Assembly: GCA_040756235.1 (NCBI GenBank)
Contig: JBFLZG010000042.1
Span: 30,014 to 94,013 of the forward strand
Reading direction: 5' to 3'
DNA length: 64,000 bases
DNA from: a bacterium
GTDB taxonomy: Bacteria > Desulfobacterota > DSWW01
The notes beneath the pieces are model-generated. The model did not search any database. It had not been told where the DNA came from and was given only the letters and a program-made list of their open reading frames with translations. The first letter of the stretch is position 1. Each line of letters starts with the position of its first letter. Shown here one piece after another: positions 58,584-64,000 of this stretch. The position numbers and the translations under genes were made by a program.

Positions 58584-59071
58584 GCCAGCTTCTGGACCGA
58601 CTACGCAAGCACAAGGACGACCGAGGGTTGATGGCGAACCTCCGGTGCATCCTTGTGGACAGCAAGAGGCACCGAGCATGGCCGGCGTTGCACCGGCTCG
58701 GGGTCAGAATCGATGACGATTTGAGGCCCTATGTAGCTGCCCTTTACGCGACGCACCCCGAAGAGACTCCAAACGGAAACTTCGGTACCACCTGCAAGGC
58801 GATCGAGCTGAAGCGGCACGACCGTTCAAACGATGAAAGCAGGCTCACCCCGACGGAGCGTCGGTTTCAGCAACTGCTCACGGCTGAACGCGGTAAGGAA
58901 CTGTACGACCGGGTGCTGCGCATGGTGCTCATGGCGAAGTCACAAGAGATTCCGGTCAACTACGTTCGGCTCGAAACCGACCTGAGGTTCTGGGGCGATC
59001 GAGTCCGGACCGAATGGGCGGCAACCTACTGGGCGCAGAGCGCGGGCCCTGTGCCGGAGGAGGGGACATGA
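58580..59071 (+). CDS. cse2: Type I-E small subunit Cas11 (Cse2/CasB)
   Basis: GLMANLR, ERRFQQLL, VNY..L..DL..W..W. Confidence 0.9.
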   Translation: MSQLLDRLRKHKDDRGLMANLRCILVDSKRHRAWPALHRLGVRIDDDLRPYVAALYATHPEETPNGNFGTTCKAIELKRHDRSNDESRLTPTERRFQQLLTAERGKELYDRVLRMVLMAKSQEIPVNYVRLETDLRFWGDRVRTEWAATYWAQSAGPVPEEGT

Positions 59072-59748
59072 GCTGGCTCGTCCGGATGGAAATAGGTCTG
59101 GAAACGGCGACTGCAGCCGGCATCGTGGATAGCTACACCTGGCACAAACGCCTGTGGGACTGCTTTCCCGGAAGGCCAGATGGCAACCGTGATTTTCTGA
59201 CACGTATCGATCTGCTTGAGGGGGCGTTCCGGGTCTGGGTCCTGGCCCGGACCAAACTTTCCCGGCCGAAGTGGTGCCCACCGGAGGAGTTCGGCTTGAA
59301 AGAGATAGCCCCGTCTTTTCTGTCGCACCAACACTACGCCTTTGATCTGCGTGCCAACCCGGTGAAGACCGTCGTGCGGCGGGGCCCGAAGGGTGAAATC
59401 CTGCTCGGCGCGAACGGCAGACGGAGGCATGGTAAACGGGTGCCGCTCGTCAAGCCTCAGGAACTGAAAACATGGCTCATTCGCAAAGGCAGCCTCAGAA
59501 GCCATGACGAGGAGTCGGGCGAAGCCGTTCCGGGAGGCTTTAGGATCGTGGAACCGCTCGAAATCAGTCCGATGACCGAGACCCACTTCCGCAGGAAGGG
59601 GCTGAGCGCCTATCACGGCGGCGTCCAGTTCCGAGGCGTCCTGGAAGTCACCAGTCGGGAACACTTCACGGATACATATTATGCCGGCATCGGCAGTGCC
59701 AAGGGCTTCGGGTTCGGTCTGCTGCTGCTTGCGCCCGTGGCTCTGTAA
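59068..59748 (+). CDS. cas6e: Cas6e crRNA endoribonuclease
   Basis: Y..H..LW..F, FDLRANP, GIGSAKGFGFGLL. Confidence 0.93.
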   Translation: MSWLVRMEIGLETATAAGIVDSYTWHKRLWDCFPGRPDGNRDFLTRIDLLEGAFRVWVLARTKLSRPKWCPPEEFGLKEIAPSFLSHQHYAFDLRANPVKTVVRRGPKGEILLGANGRRRHGKRVPLVKPQELKTWLIRKGSLRSHDEESGEAVPGGFRIVEPLEISPMTETHFRRKGLSAYHGGVQFRGVLEVTSREHFTDTYYAGIGSAKGFGFGLLLLAPVAL

Positions 59749-59778
59749 CTCATCTTCATTTCGAAAAGGAGAGTCAAC

Positions 59779-60816
59779 ATGAAACACCTGGAGCTCCACA
59801 TCATCCAGTCGGTCCCGGTTTCCTGCCTCAATCGCGATGACCTCAATTCACCGAAGACGGCGGTCTTTGGCGGCGTGCAGCGCGCCCGGGTTTCGAGCCA
59901 GTGCTGGAAGCGGGCGATCCGGGAGATGGCGAAAGAGATAAGCCCTAAGTATTTCAAGGGCGAACGGACACGTTTGATGTTTGAGCCGCTTTACAAGGCG
60001 ATGGAAGATGCCGGCCTGCCACCCACTGATGCAGAGGACGGTGCGAAGAAGATCGTGGATGCACTGGTGAAACTGGATACCAAATCGACTGACAGGGTCA
60101 AGTCGACGACTCTCTATTTCCTTTCTCCCATGGAACTTGAAACCCTCGCCCGGACTTACGCAGATACAAAGGACGTCAAGAAGGCTCTGAGGAAGATCGA
60201 TGGGAAATCGCTTAAGGATGCCGCTGACATTTCGATTTTCGGCCGTATGGTCGCAAACGACCATTCCCTGGCTGTGGAAGCCTGCTCGATGTTCTCCCAT
60301 GCCCTATCCGTGCACAAGGTGGACAACGAGATCGATTTCTTCTCCGCAGTGGACGACTTGCAGCCCAAAGAGGAATCCGGGGCCGGGATGACGAGCACGC
60401 TGGAGTTCAACTCGGCCACCTACTACCGTTTCGCTGCCCTCAATCTGGATATGCTCGCCGACGCGGAACATCTCGAGGGCATGACCCGGGAAGAACGGCA
60501 GAGTGTGGTTCGCACCTTTGTCGAGGCAACCATCAAGGCGGTCCCAGGTGCGCGCAGAAACACCATGAACGGAAACACGCTGCCCCTCTACGTGCTGGGT
60601 GTTGTACGCGAGGAAGGGCATCCGATCCAGCTGGTGAACGCCTTCGAGTCCCCGGTTCGGTCCACCCAAGGCTACGCCGCAAGATCGGTCGAGTTGCTCA
60701 AGGCGGAATATGAGAATCTTGCCACGACCTGGGGAATCAAGGCTGTCTTCAAGAAAGCCATTCCGGAAGTCCCCATGAAATCCTTCCTCGAAGAGGTGAC
60801 CAATCATGTCGTCTGA
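59779..60816 (+). CDS. cas7: Cas7 (Cse4/CasC)
   Basis: LNRDDLNSPK..FGG..RARVSSQ..KRA, FGRMVA, FFSAVDD. Confidence 0.95.
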   Translation: MKHLELHIIQSVPVSCLNRDDLNSPKTAVFGGVQRARVSSQCWKRAIREMAKEISPKYFKGERTRLMFEPLYKAMEDAGLPPTDAEDGAKKIVDALVKLDTKSTDRVKSTTLYFLSPMELETLARTYADTKDVKKALRKIDGKSLKDAADISIFGRMVANDHSLAVEACSMFSHALSVHKVDNEIDFFSAVDDLQPKEESGAGMTSTLEFNSATYYRFAALNLDMLADAEHLEGMTREERQSVVRTFVEATIKAVPGARRNTMNGNTLPLYVLGVVREEGHPIQLVNAFESPVRSTQGYAARSVELLKAEYENLATTWGIKAVFKKAIPEVPMKSFLEEVTNHVV

Positions 60817-61474
60817 TGTTCAGTTTCTCGCTCTTCGGCTGCAGGGGCCGCTCCAGTCCTGGGGGTTCGAAAGCCAGTACAGCCGTCGCGGTACCGGGCT
60901 GATGCCGACCAAGAGCGCCGTCGCCGGGATATGCTGTGCGGCTCTTGGGTATGCACGGGGCAGCGGCGAGGAAAAGGAGTTCCTCTCGGGCTTCAGCTCC
61001 GTGCGGATGATCGCCATCGCAATCCCCCGCAGGGGAAGCGACAGGGAACTGGCCGTCCGGCGGCTGCAGGATTACCACACGGTCCAGAACACGAGAACAG
61101 CTGAAGGAAAGCTCAAGGACTGCCATATCACACACCGGCACTACCTAACGGATGCCTCCTTCGGTGTGCTCCTTGAAGGTGCGGCCTCGTTGCTTCGTCA
61201 GATCTACTGCGCGATGAAGAATCCGCGCTGGGGTATTTGGCTCGGCCGGAAGACCTGTCTCCCTTCAGCCCCCGTCCTTGCGGGGCTGAAAGAGAGCCGG
61301 GACGAGGCTATCCGACTGCTTGTAGGAGAAATGCCAGTGGAGCTGTTCACCCGGCAGATCGAGGTCGAAGATTTTGCCCATGGGCGCGACTCCCTGCCTG
61401 ATGCCCCCATGTCGTTTGCCACGGGGCGGAGATCGTTTTCGCCCAGAAGAGTGCGGACGATCCAACGATCGTAG
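60806..61474 (+). CDS. cas5: Cas5 (CasD)
   Basis: LQGPLQSWG, PTKSAVAG, DYHTV, YLTDA, LGRKTC.P. Confidence 0.95.
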   Translation: MSSDVQFLALRLQGPLQSWGFESQYSRRGTGLMPTKSAVAGICCAALGYARGSGEEKEFLSGFSSVRMIAIAIPRRGSDRELAVRRLQDYHTVQNTRTAEGKLKDCHITHRHYLTDASFGVLLEGAASLLRQIYCAMKNPRWGIWLGRKTCLPSAPVLAGLKESRDEAIRLLVGEMPVELFTRQIEVEDFAHGRDSLPDAPMSFATGRRSFSPRRVRTIQRS

Positions 61475-61614
61475 AAGCCGCCCTCATCGCTGCGCCGTCT
61501 TCTTGGATCTCGGAGGCCCCGCTTGCCGTGGAACCGGTACGGGTGTCAGGCCAAAACCGTCAGAGTCGCCCGCGATAGAGCGCTGCACGGGGTAGTCCCC
61601 CGAGGAGAAGACTG

Positions 61615-62827
<1,213 letters not shown>

Positions 62828-62901
62828 ATGAAACATTGTGATATAATGGTTCTTTTCTCCGCTCTTTGAAAACCTAATATTGTTCATAGGTTGGAATTAG
62901 T
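62828..62901 (+). promoter_or_regulatory. CRISPR leader
   Basis: 74-bp AT-rich segment with extended -10 TGATATAAT at 62839-62847. Confidence 0.8.
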
Positions 62902-64000
62902 CCATTCCCCGCACACGCGGGGATGAACCGGCACATGGTGCCCAGACGGCGTTTTTCCAGCCCCATTCCCCGCACACGCGGGGATGAACCGAACACCTGG
63001 GAAAACGTGACGATCAAGGACTTCCATTCCCCGCACACGCGGGGATGAACCGGTAGATCCGGCAACCGGGCAAATCGACACGTCCCATTCCCCGCACACG
63101 CGGGGATGAACCTTAAGGGGACCGACTACGGGGCGGGCAAGAAGCCATTCCCCGCACACGCGGGGATGAACCGAAACCATGGACGACCACACCCGCACCC
63201 TTGCCCCATTCCCCGCACACGCGGGGATGAACCGTCTGAAACATCGGTCTCTTTTCCTGACAATACCCATTCCCCGCACACGCGGGGATGAACCGCCCGC
63301 CTTGGTGCCGTGGGCTAACAGGCTTGGCCATTCCCCGCACACGCGGGGATGAACCGGCGTTCGAGCGGTACTTCCAGCGGAACCTATCCCATTCCCCGCA
63401 CACGCGGGGATGAACCGCTATACGTGGACGACAAGGCGGATATAGGCACCCATTCCCCGCACACGCGGGGATGAACCGGCCCGGGCCTCTCGCTCAACCG
63501 CCTCGTCCCACCATTCCCCGCACACGCGGGGATGAACCGATGCCGCCGACGCGGACCAAACGCTAACCCGGCCATTCCCCGCACACGCGGGGATGAACCG
63601 ATGCTGTGGGCGGTCACACAGCGACACAAGCTCCATTCCCCGCACACGCGGGGATGAACCGCAAATGGGACTGTTCGCTCAAGAGTTGGACACCCATTCC
63701 CCGCACACGCGGGGATGAACCGTGAAAAAAGTGATGTGACCGTACTTGGCCGGACCATTCCCCGCACACGCGGGGATGAACCGTCGGTACCGGTCGACCG
63801 GATCAACTTCGACGACCATTCCCCGCACACGCGGGGATGAACCGGCTTCTTGTTGTCCCGTTGCAGTAGGATACGCCCATTCCCCGCACACGCGGGGATG
63901 AACCGATGTTGAGCATGTCGAGCCGAGAGAATCCCCACCATTCCCCGCACACGCGGGGATGAACCGATGAACTGGAGGTCGACGCTCGGGAGGGACCGCC
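62902..64000 (+). CRISPR. Type I-E CRISPR array, 18 repeats and 18 spacers visible, continues past the window end
   Basis: 29-bp repeat CCATTCCCCGCACACGCGGGGATGAACCG, 32-bp spacers, 61-bp period (one 60-bp unit). Confidence 0.99.

Noticed and set aside
62874..63950. Repetitive ORFs over the array
   Set aside because: Translation artefacts of CRISPR repeats.
62931..63998. Spacers targeting the integrated element or other parts of this window
   Set aside because: No match found by eye; a BLASTn-short search is needed to exclude partial matches.

Overview
GC-rich bacterial chromosomal window. The gene content (PxxKW protein, PilZ protein, tandem sigma54 activators, tilS-ftsH-folP-cdaA-cdaR) suggests a deltaproteobacterial/Desulfobacterota-like host; this is inference. 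Three zones. (1) 577-10515: a ~9.9 kb element integrated in tRNA-Gly(CCC) with perfect 47-bp att repeats. It encodes a tyrosine integrase, AlpA-like excisionase, phage-type Rep with internal iterons, DnaB-like helicase, lambda Nu1-like small terminase preceded by a cosQ-like motif, two virion/tail-like proteins, an M41-like peptidase and a Cys-rich lipoprotein. No TerL, portal or capsid gene is recognisable, so it is a candidate phage satellite of unusual architecture. (2) 10.7-50.5 kb: mostly housekeeping genes (nadE, udg, ribBA, hypBA, miaB, kinase plus three sigma54 activators, hbd, isobutyryl-CoA-mutase-like pair, acpS, tilS, ftsH, folP, cdaAR, tsaE, lysC, cimA, mtaB, two tRNAs), several copies of a MITE-like repeat, and two enzymes with degenerate catalytic motifs. 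(3) 50.5-64 kb: a defence island with a WYL regulator, a DUF6569/ARPP-1-like gene, a DEDDh exonuclease, a full type I-E cas operon and a CRISPR array running off the window. A shared 22-bp palindromic operator with identical promoter geometry precedes both the ARPP-1-like gene and the exonuclease-cas3 unit, suggesting WYL-controlled co-induction. All family calls come from motif recognition by eye, not database searches.
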